From assembly GCA_028534125.1 (NCBI GenBank), contig CM052816.1:10356001-10420000 (forward strand): 64,000 nucleotides of DNA, given 5' to 3'. This DNA is from Lama glama (lineage: Eukaryota). The position numbers and the translations under genes are program-made. Below are positions 37,692 through 50,540 of the stretch, piece after piece; within the stretch, counting starts at the first letter, position 1, and every line of letters starts with the position of its first letter. The notes beneath the pieces are model-generated. The model worked only from the letters and a program-made list of their open reading frames with translations, had not been told where the DNA came from and made no database searches.

Positions 37692-39871
37692 CTGGGTCAC
37701 TCAGTGTGAGTTTCAGTTCCTCCATCTGTAAGATGAAGCTACTTCATCTGTAAAAATAAACTGCCTTAGGAGATTATTGGGAAAATTAATGACACAATAC
37801 ATGTACAATTCTCAGTAGAGTGGCTAATATACTGGAGAGATTTTTATCATTATTGACAGAAGGGTAAAAATGATGGTGGATATAAATGTAAATAGCGAAC
37901 AGCAAGATGAGTCATGAGTCAGGCTGATGTGAAGGAAGGCTTAACTCTGCACATAGTATGGCGGCAGCAGCTGCTCAGGGAACCAGGAAGTGCGAGAGGC
38001 TGACTCCCGAAAAAGGAGACTGGCCAAATTTCATTATTTTATGCAAGGTCTAAAATCACTCACCATATATTTACTTCCTATAAGACCGAACGAAGGACCA
38101 TAGTTAATTCATTTGTCTCAGTAACGATACAGGAGAAGTAACCCTCATAACTCGGCGTCCTAGGTGCACTGTCAGCATCCGCAGTGTTACTGACTGTTAG
38201 CTGGCTGAAGGGCGCCATGGGTCACCACGTGTGGTTCACTGCGTGTTTACCATTAAGAGCTGGGGCCGGTCTGGCACACTCAAGCTTCTGAGGTTATAGG
38301 CGAGGGCACACATTTTTTTTCTTTTTTTCAAATTTACTTCTTTAATTCCCAGATGTTTCTAAACCTGCCTCTGAGACATCTAAAAACACAAAATGCTTTG
38401 ATAAACCACTAAATGAACTAATGAATGCCACAAGCAAATGGCTTCAGCATGTTGTATTTTTTTTCATTTACTTTAGAAGGCCATATGACTGAATTTAAAT
38501 ATACATTTTAAATCCTCATGGTCTGTCAACTTGCTAAAAAATAGTCAAATTGCCTTTGTCCTGTGCAATAACTTATTTTTCTAGTTCTAAAATTTAAAAT
38601 CTATGTTAAGTCATCTACAACCACAACTGTATATTTGTTCATTTACTGAATATTTATGGAATGCCTGCGACGGTCCAGTACCTCTGCTTGGCACTGAGGA
38701 TGCAATGACGATAAGAGAGATGGAGCTTCTACACTGGTAGCACCTATAGTTCACTCAGTGAGACCGTGAATAGTTACAGAGACTGGACACGGACACACAC
38801 ACGCACGCATGGACTACATGCTATAAGGAAAAACCACAGTGTGCAGTGACAGGATATATCAAATAATTCTAGGGCAGTGTATACATGAAGAATGAGAATA
38901 TAAAGAATAAACAAGGTGGAAAAAGTAAAATGTTAGCCAGGACAAAGTGAGGTGTTGTGGTAACAGCCTTATTTCAGGGGTACAGAAGCAAAAGAGTTGC
39001 ACCTAAAGGTGTACAATTAGTGCAAAACGACATGTACCTATCAGAAGCTAATATGGATAATACAGAACTAGAGACGATGTGGACCTTGCCTTTACAGTGG
39101 CGATGAGTGCTGGGACAAGAGGGATGACAGCAGTGTCAGGGCTAAGGGACCCATTCATCAAGACCACGGCCAAGCTCAGAGACCACAGGGATGTTCCAGG
39201 CACATTTCCCTTGGAAGCATACATTTTTCCGTAAATTAACAATTTGTAAATGTGGAGGCAATTACTGTTTAGCACCCTTCTTCTGTAGTTTAGTTGTGCT
39301 GATGGTTGTAACTAAATACCTGCATTTCATTTCTTCTGACTGGCTATATTTTGAAACATAATTATGTGCAGCCTCGCTGGTGAGTTGTTGCTGGAATGTG
39401 TCAGAATTGATTTGCAGTGACTTGCTCCTCCATACTTTAAACCTGTATCTGTTAGGTACCCATTTAAAGTTAAATACTGAGGCTGATACTCAACTATATA
39501 AAACACTTGCTTCACCTTTAATAAATGCACAGTCTAGTAATACAAAGGAGAGAAAAACTTAAAAATTGATATACCTGGAAGAATTTACAAGGGTAATACA
39601 TTTGCGAAATGGATTTAATCCTAAAAAATAAAATAGATTTAGGTATTCGATGTAGAAAGTTCTACATTTTATCTTAAGCGAAAAAGAAATCACAACAGAA
39701 AGGTAAAGCACACGTCTATTTTTTTCTAAAACAACAACAATAATACTATATATGTGCGTGTATGTGAAAATAGATTATTCTCATAAAACAGAAGAGGTTC
39801 AGAAGTGAATACAGCAAGCTGTTCATTCTGGAATGATGAGACTGGAAGATCAAAGGAGGGTTTAATTTCTT

Positions 39872-40027
39872 TTTTTTTTTTAAACACAGGTTTGTTTGTT
39901 TTTATTTGCAGGGGGAGGTAGCAAGGTCTACTTATTAATAATTTTTTTTAATGGAGGTACTGGGGATTGAACCCAGGACCTCACACATGCTAAGCATGCA
40001 CTCTACCACTTGAGCTATATCCTCCCC
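39872..40027 (-). mobile_element. tRNA-derived SINE (camelid Vic-1-like)
   Basis: Pol III A box TAGCTCAAGTGG and B box GGTTCAATCCC on -; TSD GGGTTTAATTTCTT at 39858-39871 and 40030-40043. Confidence 0.85.
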
Positions 40028-40751
40028 TGGGGTTTAATTTCTTAATTGAAAATTTTCTTTGCTTTAGAGGATATGGTTGATGTTGACCTTCATTTCCATG
40101 CTTTTCTATATTTCCCAATAATGTTAAATAAGGAAAGGTCTTAAGAGAGTGAAAGTACATAAATATTTGGAAGAGATACAGGTCACTTTAGCCAAGAGAG
40201 AGCAGAGAAAGTCTCTTTAGAGAAGGTGCTGTGTTATCCAATGCCATAAAGAACAGGGAGGGTTTGAGTCTGAGAAAGGCCCTTCCTGCAAAAGAAACTT
40301 GGGGTCATCTAAAAGTCTGTTTCTTCCTTAGAAATGATCAGTATCCATTAGACAGAAGGCTTCCGCAAAGCTCTACAATCAAGACACATCCTTAACTTTA
40401 TTCAAACTCAACGGAGCAATTTCCAAACTTATTCAAAGAATGATTCAAAAAAAAAAATAAAAGACCAGGGTTTATCTGGAAATACCTTTATAGGCAGAGG
40501 AACAAGAGGAGAGAAGCCCCTTGGGATGCCTTGAGAGAGAAGCAAGTGAGAGAGGCTGAAATGAGCTTGTCAGGAGTCAAGGTCATTCAGACTGAAGCAA
40601 AATCTGAAAAGTGAACCTGGTTCTAAAAGTCAAAGAATGCCAAGCTAAGGTATCTGAGGAGTGTGTGTGAGAATATGTGAGGCACTGGGGAGCGAAGCAT
40701 TTTTTAAACATGAAAAGTTAGATCTGTGGTCTACAAAAAAGAATGTGCCCT

Positions 40752-41320
40752 TCCATGTTCACTGCAGCACTATTTACAACAAGCCAAGACACAGAAACGA
40801 CCTAAATGTCCATCAACAGATGACTGGGCAAAGAAGACACACATATATACATATACACTTATATAGTACATGCTTACGTATTATATATGACATGTACATT
40901 TATACATAATATTATATGGATATATTGTAAGTGAATAATGGAATATTATATATAACATGTAACATATAATTTATATGAACAATGGAATATTATTCAGCCA
41001 TAAGAAAAAAAGGAAATCCTGCCATTTGCAACAAGATGAATGACCCTGAGGCCAATATGTGAAGTGAAATAAGTCAGACACAGGGAAGACAAATACTGCA
41101 TGGTACCACTTCTATATGGAACCTTAAAAAAAGTGAAACTCAAAGAAGCAGAGAATAGAAAAGTGGTTGCCGGGGATTGGAGCTGGGGGAAATGCAAACA
41201 CATTGGTAACAGGGCACAAACTTTCAGGTCTGAGATAAAGAAGGTCTGAGGATCTAAGTAGAACACAGTCATGGGAGTTGATAATGCTGAATTGATGAAT
41301 GCATGTATAAATTCAGCAAC
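40752..41320 (+). mobile_element. L1MA-like 3' region
   Basis: catgttcactgcagcactatttacaa...aatggaatattattcagccat...ccatttgcaacaagatg. Confidence 0.75.
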
Positions 41321-41987
41321 CTAAGAGTAACTTTTCTTTACCTTTCCTAAGCAAAAGAAGAAAAGAAAAATGAATCTGACAAAGTTAACACGTTGTCAGT
41401 TACATCAAATCCCAGGGAACTACCATGGGGTCCAATAATATGGGAGGGAGAAAAAAAAATTTCCTTCCAAAATTCTTCCCAGGCATTTTCTTAGTTTAAG
41501 AAGTGTTTCTTTTAAAAGGAAACTACTCTTACTTGCCGCTGAACCCAGAATCCAAGAGCCAAATGAAAGACAGGAATCCAAAAAGACAGGGCATGAATTG
41601 TGTTGTGTTAATAATTCACACTCGCCTTGGGGAAGTGTGTCTGAGTTAGAGTCCTGTACTGTGACTGCAAAATGATTTTCTTTAAACAAACAAATATATT
41701 TATACAGGATATGGGGGAGTGAGGTGTATTGATTTCCCCTCTCTGGGAGTTAATAATATCCCTATTGTTCATTTAATTTTATCTGCATAGTTTAATATCA
41801 ACTCACATGTTTGGTCCCACATGTAGGAGGGTGAATTCATATGTGCAGAAATCCCAAAGGTGGTTACTAGCATCACTGGGCATTGCTGCTTTCCCCTCAC
41901 AAACTACTTGATTTTTAGCCAAAAAAAATCCATTTTCATTCTAAAAATGGAACTTGCTGGAAAAGTAACCAAAGAGAAGTGTAACTA

Positions 41988-42176
<189 letters not shown>

Positions 42177-43839
42177 CTACCCAGGTAAAGGGTATAAACA
42201 CTTTCATGAGTGTTTGTCATCCATTGCTAGATTGCTCACTGCAGTCCCAAATTCCTCAATTTTCTAATCTCTCTCATTCATCGACCAGCACACAGGCGCA
42301 GGCAGGCGCAGGACTTCGTGGGCGAATTCTTCTCTTACTCAGACCATGCCCCTGTTAAAAAGCTGGATCCCATCAGGCCTCAAAGGGGTGGCTGACGCTG
42401 AAAGCAAGAAAGCTGAGAAGAGTTATTGGTTGTCTTGATTGGGAAGGGTTGTGGTAAGGATATTAAGTTGTGTTACTGCTGCGAACGGTGTGCAGAATTT
42501 GTCTCAAACTACACGGCACTGGCTTTCCAACTCAGAGTCATCAGTAAGAGGCGAGGGCAGCATTTGCAGCCTGCAAGGGGGGGTGCGGGAGGGGAGTGGA
42601 GGAGCGGGAGCTCCCACAGGGAGAAGGTGTCACATGAGCGGTGGCGCTTGTACACCTTGTACCCTAGTCTTTGAACTGACTAGAATGAACAGACAATACT
42701 GAATCAATCAAGCACTGGTTGCAAACCTTAGCTCTGAAACCAGGCTGTCTGGGTTTGAAACCTGCCTTCACCACTTATTGTGACCTTAAATAAGTCAGTG
42801 GGCTGAGCTGGAGAATCTCCATCAGCAAAATCAGAATAAGAAGAAAGTGATCTTTACCGAGGTGAGAAATTCAATGAGAAAACGCATGCCAACGTCTCAG
42901 CACACTACCTGGCCCCCAGAAAGAACTCAAAAAATGAGGCATTCTTCTAGAAAGGCGAACATCCTTAATAATGAGAATTTGACTTAGCCAAAAGCTGCAC
43001 ACTTGACCCAAGACCCTGACAGTAAGGTGATGGCTCTAGACAAAGGAAATTGGTGTGTTGTGGCACCTGTCTACAGGTTTGCCCTGCCCAGAGCGCTCGA
43101 TTTCTAAGCAAAATCCTGTGGGAAACTTCCAATTAGAGAGGTAGAATGTTGACATCTCAATGCCTAGGACTGACCCTGGCTGTCAAAGCCCGCTGTAGCA
43201 GAACTGAGTAGGCTTCGTTCCCTGGTGAATTCACCTTTCTGCATCACTACACTCTTCCTACAAGTCACAACTCCCCATGCAGTTTGTGAGGTAACGGCCC
43301 TGACCCCATGGTACGCCCACAGGCTGGACGGCGTGGACTCTACTTCTGCTTTCCCTTATCAGGATCTCACACTAAGTCATCTTACATCGTCTCTCCAGGG
43401 GACAGATGACAGATAACTCAGAGAAGCTGCAGAGAACTTTGAGAGATAAATAGACATAGTGCTAAAAGAATACCTAACAGAATCAACATTACCCTATAAA
43501 AGCTGTGTATTCTCGTCTTGGACCATCCTTGGAGTTTATATGAGTATAATCCTCTTCTACTTACTCTGTATTCCAGCATGAAGATGCTTGAATATGTATT
43601 CATTCACTCAACAAATATTCATGGTGTGCAAGCTACATTTTTGAAGAACATTAAGAAAAAAATATGATGGCAACATACAAAAGCGTAACAGATGGGCAAT
43701 TCTTTGAGCTCCCAAAGAGCTGAAAAGCCAGAGCAGGGGGACGCTGAGGGCTTCCATCAACCCTGCAGGAGGACCCTTTGCTCCTGAGACGGTACAAATA
43801 GAAGTGGAGAGGGTCTGAGTTGCCTTCAAAAAAGCCATT

Positions 43840-45920
43840 GAGTATTTTGTTTGGTTTTGAAAGCATTTCTATACCTACATTCAGAAAAGTAAATAAAACA
43901 TAAAAGAAGAATTTAGCAAGCAGTTATAAGCAATTGGCCACGTAACCTTACATAGGTCATGACATAGAATCTTGACCCCACCAGTGAGTGACCTGTCCTA
44001 TTGACAATGACAGAAGTAACCACTACCCTGAATTTATGTTAGTAATTTTCTCCTTGCCTTTCTACATAGATTTGCTATCTATGTATACATTTCTAAGCAA
44101 TACTTTAGTTTTGCCTGTTTTAGTAACTAGGTTACATATATATTATGTATGTATGTATATGTAACATCTATGTATGTCTGTATATATAATAGATGTGTAT
44201 GTAACATATATGTACATGTATTTATGTATATAACATGGGTATGTGTGTGTGAAATCTCACTCCTTGTTTTCTTTAGTGTCTTGCTTTTCTTGTTCAGCAT
44301 TATGTGTATAAAAATCTATCTAACTCACTGTACATCGTTGGTTCACATTCAAAGTTACAGGAATACACTGTAATTTACCTACTTTTCCCACTGTTAATAG
44401 CCACTTAAGTAATTTTCAGTTTGGAGAATTTTGAACCACATTCTCACGAACATTTCTGCACGTGTAAGACCTCTCTAGCCCACACCTCTGTAGGGTACAT
44501 TTCTGGGAGGGGGAACACAGGGGATGGGCTGTGCATGTCCATACATACTAGATAATGCCCAGTGATTTACTGAGGTGGTTGCACCAATTAACACTGTGAC
44601 CAGCAATGCGTGGGACTTGGTTTTGCTCCACCTCCTTATCCCTACTTGGTATTAACCAACCTTTAGACTTGCTAGTCTAGTGACGTAATGATCTCTTGTG
44701 TTTAAATTAGCATTCTCCTGATTGCTGATAAGCTTGCCCACATTTTAATATGTTTCTTAGCTATTTAGATTTCCATCATTTGGTTTTCAGATTTTAAAAC
44801 AACTGGACGGTAGACTCTGGTCAGGACATAAAAAAAAAAGGGTCCAAAAACTAATAGAGAAATGTAATACAATGGAAATAATTCCTGGAATTTACAAAAG
44901 TGATTCTAAATTTCATCCATAAAAATGTATGAATGAGAAAGGATTTCTTCAAAATAATAAAGGACTTGCATTCCATTTTTTAAACTCTATTATAATAAAT
45001 TAAGATTGGAAAGCCACATAATATAGATACTAGTTCATAAAAATACTTGGTTTATGAAGAACATATTTCAAATCAGCATGTTAAGGACCTTACTTGACAC
45101 ATGGTCGCAAAATAATTGTTTGATACTGTAACAACAATGAAATCAGATCCTTACCACATATCTTCAGTCAAGATAATATTAATAGCTGGATTAAGAAAAA
45201 TTAAACTGTAACAATAAGAATATAGGTCACATATCTAAAATCTGGAGGTAAGAAGGTCTTGCTAAGAGTAGCATCAAAGGTAGAAACTATAAAGTAAAAA
45301 GACTAATGGTTTGATGTTAGGAACATAGTTCTTCATGTCAAAAATGCCAAAAAAAAGAACAACATCAACTAAAAAGTAGGAAATCATATTTACACAACAT
45401 ATATGATACATTAGAATTTAATATCCTTTATATCTAAAGGACAAGAATTATTTATGTAATCAATAAGAAATAGGAAAAGTGTATGAAGACCCCAATAGAA
45501 AAATGGGGAAAGAACAGGAACAGGCAATTTACAAAAGAACTGAAAAAATACAATTTTCATGTCGTAATGAGGTACCACCTTCACTTATCTTTTTGGGAAG
45601 ATTGAGATATAATTGACAGTGCAGCCCTGGTGAGAATGCAAGGAAGTGGACATCCTCAGACACTTCCAGACCAAATGAGTAAAAATCCTTGCAAACTTGC
45701 AGGAGGGAAATGCATCAATGTATACATTCCCTTTGACCACTGAGGATTTATCACAGGAAACAAGTTGCAGTGCACATTTCTGCTAACAGGATTTTTTATT
45801 TCAAATTTATTTATATTTCAAAGTGAGAAACAACCTAACATTCAACAATCAAGAATTGGTTCAATAGATTTTAATGCAGCCTTCTAACTTGGGAGCATGT
45901 GATCATTCAAAATGATAGTT
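43840..45920. mobile_element. Degraded old L1 (L1ME-like) fragments, antisense then sense
   Basis: AT-rich decayed L1 text, e.g. ggttgcaccaattaacact and aaaaatggggaaagaacaggaacaggcaattt. Confidence 0.5.
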
Positions 45921-46435
45921 AATATGTGGGCCTGGAAAAATAAGTAGTGTCCGTTGTCAAGACCCGGGCTCTGGTGTCAGAGAGAAGCGGTTTGGGTTCT
46001 GGCTGAGACATGCTAATTGACAGGAGGCAGAGAGGCAGCACAGCGGAGTGATGAGAATTAGACTCTGACCTGCCTCACAGAAGGGCCTTTAGCTTAAACA
46101 ATGTAACACGTGTACTCAGAGCAGTGCTTGGCCCACAGGAAGAGCTCAGTGAATGTTGCCATTATGCGCCCTGAGCCATTGTCATCACCCACTATCAAAG
46201 TTCCAGACTTGAGATGTTTTACATTTGGATTTAACTTCGTGCTCTACCAGTTGCTTGCTGTGTGATTGTGACCGTGTCACTTTCCCTGTAGGCCTGCTTG
46301 TTTTTTAATCTATGAATAATAGAATAATAGTAAAACCTATTTCATAGGGTTGCTCTGAGAATTTATTAAATTTATTAAAAACTTAGCAAAGTGCTTGGGA
46401 CAGCAGATGCTCACTGTATGATGCCTATTATTATT

Positions 46436-46563
46436 TTTATTTTTGGCTTTTTTGGGGGGGTAATTAGGCTTATTTATTTATGTAATGAAGACATTGGGGA
46501 TTAAACCCAGGACCTCGTGCACGCTAAGCACACAGTCTACCACTGAGCTATCCCCTCCCCCCC
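46436..46563 (-). mobile_element. tRNA-derived SINE (Vic-1-like)
   Basis: A/B boxes on -; TSD GATGCCTATT(A/C)TTATT at 46420-46435 and 46564-46579. Confidence 0.85.
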
Positions 46564-46632
46564 GATGCCTATTCTTATTGTTATTATTACATTATAAAGT
46601 GAAAATTTAGGTTGCCAAAATACAGTATAGGT

Positions 46633-46769
46633 GGGGGGCAGGGTATAGCTCAAGTGGTAGAGTGCATGCTTAGCATGCATGAGGTCCTGGGTTCAATCCA
46701 CAGTACCTCCTCTAAGAATAAATAAATAAATAAGCCTAATTACCTCCTCCCAACAACAACAACAAAAAA
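46633..46769 (+). mobile_element. tRNA-derived SINE (Vic-1-like)
   Basis: gggtatagctcaagtggtagagtgcatgcttagcatgcatgaggtcctgggttcaatcc plus A-rich tail; TSD AAAAT(A/C)CAGTATA at 46617 and 46770. Confidence 0.88.
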
Positions 46770-47612
46770 AAAATCCAGTATAATCTGACTTCTAAAAAAT
46801 GTATATGTGTTTTTGTGTGTATAGAATAAAGCTCTTCCAGGAAACCATAAATATCTACAAGTAGAGAGATGACTTTCCCCTTCGCTTAGTGAGCATTTTA
46901 CACATTTGTCCTAGTATATGTATTTGTTAGGTTTGGTTTCTAATTTGGAGAAGAATGTTTTCATTGGTTACGCTCTGAGCGATGTGGATAATATTCAGAC
47001 AGACCAGGGGTAGGGAGAAGGAAGGACTGGAGTGTTTGGAAAGAGCGTGGAGGTAGAGGATTATGAATTAAAAAAAGCAAAACTTCCTTGTTGGGCGGCA
47101 GGTGCTTAAGAGCTGGTGGACAGTTCATCTCCTGGCCAGGGCCTAGGGACTGCAGCATAAGGTGCTCAGCATCTTACATTAGAAGATGTTGATGTTCCTG
47201 TGATCTTCGTTCCATACTTCATCCTAGTTTTCTTTCTTTTTAGAATCTCTATTCCTTTCTGGTTAATTGCTAATTATATTCTATGGGAACACGATAAAAT
47301 GGGTGCTGGGAATGTCTGTTAGATTTTACCAAGTTATTGGGTCCATAATTTTTAAGAAGAGAAAGCAGACTTTCCATCCATGATCTCTCTTAGAGAGCCT
47401 CCCATCCAAAAATCAAAGGCAAGGACAACTTCTGGATAAAGAGATAAGTGTTGACACTCAGCTATATGTTTGTTTAATTAAAGAAGAAACATTTCTAATA
47501 GCTTGGCCTGCCTACATCAGCTTACAACCATTTAAGAACCACAAATAATTTTTTTTTTTAAATCTCTCTCTCTCTCTGTCAGGGAGTTCTAAAGTCAGAA
47601 AGAGCTTGCTTT

Positions 47613-47705
47613 TTTTTTTTTATTTAAGTTTTTTAATAGAGGTACTAGGGATTGAACCCAGGACCTCTCATGCTCTACCACTAAGCTATACCCCACCTCA
47701 CTGCC
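47613..47705 (-). mobile_element. Internally deleted tRNA-derived SINE inserted in a MIR
   Basis: Perfect 17-bp TSD CAGAAAGAGCTTGCTTT at 47596-47612 and 47706-47722. Confidence 0.85.
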
Positions 47706-50450
47706 CAGAAAGAGCTTGCTTTAAATCTAGGCTTTTTCCATTATTAGCCATGTAATCTTGGGCAAATTGCTTTGCTTCTTATTTCCTCGTTCTAAAATGG
47801 TGATAATTATAGTCTGCCTCGCAGGCTTATTGAGAAAAAATAAATGAGTGAATGAAGGTAAAACACTTAACATGTTGTCTGGTCCCTAGAAGGCTTTCAA
47901 TAAATATTAGTCATTGTTATTATAAGGGTGAAGGTGGAGAGGTGCAGGGAACCTTGACTGGATTCCAATTTCCCAGCTCTATGTTGTGAAAAGGCTGGAA
48001 ATGACAATTTTGAGGAGAATTAAATTATACAGATATTGTATTTAAAATCACTGTTGAGAGAAAAGAAAGATGGTCTTCCTTTACTCCTCTCACCATGGAA
48101 ACCAGGCCTAGAAAACCCAGATGCACATTTTCTGATTTGGCTCCAAGAAAATAGCCCTTAATGTGGAAACCCAGGAAACCTGGGGAATCAACTCATCAGA
48201 CCAGCAGGCTCAGAGATTCCTTTTTATCAGCTGAGCACCGTGGGTTTTAGGCAGAAAAATGGGCTGAATTATATGTGCCCATTATTTCTGAAGTAACAAA
48301 AGAGACTTTTCCCTCCCACTGATAATTGGAAGCCAGGACATTTGCAGTTGTTCAAATACCATATAAAATAAGGCTCATTTTTCCCCAGAGAAGATTTCTT
48401 TCTCTGGGGAAGTGAGGTGGCCCGGCATGGTGGGGTTCTCTTTTCCTTTCTCTCTTTAGTTCCACGAGGAAGAGAGCCACATATTAAAAGGAAGTGGCAT
48501 TGCTCTTATCCTTAACTTCAAGCTCAAATACTTTGGCTGCAAATGGCATGCCATAGCTAGCAATTCGTTCCACCCCAGAGTTAATTCCACCGGTTTAACC
48601 AGCAACATCTCCCACTTTAAAGCATCTCAACTAATTAGGGTAAGAAGCCTGAACAGTTTTGACTTTTCTGTCATCCGCTAACAACTATGCAGTGTTTAGC
48701 TGCCCGTTTTTGCTGGGTACGGACAGGGCTCCTTTAATAATAACTCATTCTGTTGCCTAATACAGTTGAATCCCTTTTGCGTATTAAAACATTTACATAT
48801 TTTAAAATTCAGCCCTGTGAAATATTAAAATGAGTCTCATATCTGAGTCAAAGCTTACCCACCCCGCCAGGCTGGATTCAGCCACCCTGGTGTCGGGATG
48901 GACGGCTGAAGTGGCTCTCACACCTCCTCCTCCTCCATCTCAGGGAGAGCACTGTTTGATTTAGATTGTGGAAAGGGAATAGAAGAGGCAGAGGAATCCT
49001 AACACAGGTAACCTGCTTGGTCCCCGGGATGATCTCTCTCTAGTGGCTTCTGATAGCTCAAAGTTCATGGTCTGTGGACAAGGCTCACCCCTGCCTGCAT
49101 ATGTATAGAGCTTTCAAACCACCCTATGTTCGGGTGTCACCTCCAGAGAGTCTGATACAGCTGGGTTCTCTTAGGACTGGTGGTGTCGCCATTAGGTCAC
49201 GCTGACGGGAGCCTCCCTCCCTCCACTTCCAGGCTGCACACCCCTAGGCAGTGGAGGGCCCGCTAGGAAGCTGGACCACACCCTCTGGCTAATCCGCCTC
49301 CCTCCAGCTTCCCGACACTCCCACGCACTGCTGCATATCTCTGCCCGCTACTGCCATGGTCCCCAGCAAGACCTGACTCCAAACTACCAACCCACTGTGG
49401 CCAACTCCGGCTCTGTGAGCCCAGGGAGCAGTCAGCAAGCAAAGTGACGAAAGAATGGAACCCCAGGTGCTTCTCCTCACAGCCACGCCCAGACTCGACA
49501 GAGAATTCTCTTGAGCTCTGACTTACCTGCCTTAGGAACAGCCGGGGGGGAGGGGAGGTACCCGGTGCCCCCAAAGGGCAAGGCTTCTCCCTTTATATCC
49601 CTGGGGTGGATGGGAGGTAGGGCTAGTTCTGCTACAATGATGTCTACTCAGAGTTGGCCGCCTTCAACAACAGAACTTAGGATTTGTATTACTTTGTGAC
49701 TGTTAACACAATTGTGAGACCTACTTGACAATTTGGGCACCTAATGCTACCTTTCAGTCACCCTTTGGATAAGTTTCAAATCTTCAAGCAAAGTCCAGGT
49801 CCTCTTCTTTAAAAAGGATAATTCATAGGATTGTTGTGATAAATCTAAAACCAACATTGTAACTGGAAGGCACTTTGCGAACTTTATATAGCCCTGTGCA
49901 TATTATGCAGTATTATGTAAATCACGGTTATGATAATACTGTCACTTATTACCATCTTTCTTATTGCTGCATCCTCTCTGTTTGATTCCATTTTGCTAAA
50001 CTCGTTTTATTTAGAAAGTCAGCTCCTTAGGCTGGAGCCCCAGTCTGTTTTGCTCCCTGTAAGATCACCAACACCTGAAACAGTGCTGAGCACACAGAAG
50101 CAAGCAGTAGGTATTTACTGAATTAATTACTAATATTCTTCATCAGGAAGGAGGGAGTCCTTCCTGATGAGTCCTAAATAACTCATAGAATAGTGTTTTC
50201 ACATGTAACCCAGGGCCCTCCCGAGTCAAGATCAGACTGGGTGCTTGGCTAAAAGGCGACTCCCAAGGCTCACGTGAGACCTGGGAAACCAGAAGCTGCG
50301 CAGGTAAAGTCAGAGGGGGCCTTATTTCTAGCTGCAGGTCCCTGCAGATGATCGGACCCGTTATCACAGTGCCCACAGCAATGAAAAGCAAACCCCTGCG
50401 CCCGGTCACGACGGCGGCTCGGGGTGGGGGCTGGGGGGAGGGGCGCCTAC

Positions 50451-50540
50451 CCATGTACGGCTTGGTGCCGGCCACGGCGGTGATGCGCACGTCCGCGGGC
50501 AGCGTGGTGGCGACGTTGAAGTCCGTGACGTGCGCGTGCC
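50451..50540 (-). CDS. STK32A: STK32A activation-segment exon (GHAHVTDFNVATTLPADVRITAVAGTKPYM)
   Basis: ctcgcag| ... ATGG|gtaggc, 90 nt, phase 1-1; STK32-family DFN in place of DFG, plus GTKPYM. Confidence 0.95.

Noticed and set aside
46633..46712. tRNA-like sequences with A/B boxes (also at 39950, 46500, 47640, 59900)
   Set aside because: A-rich tails, TSDs and multiple diverged copies identify them as SINEs, not tRNA genes.
50512..50522. DFN instead of DFG as a sign of a dead kinase
   Set aside because: DFN is the normal STK32/YANK family motif and the catalytic loop is intact.
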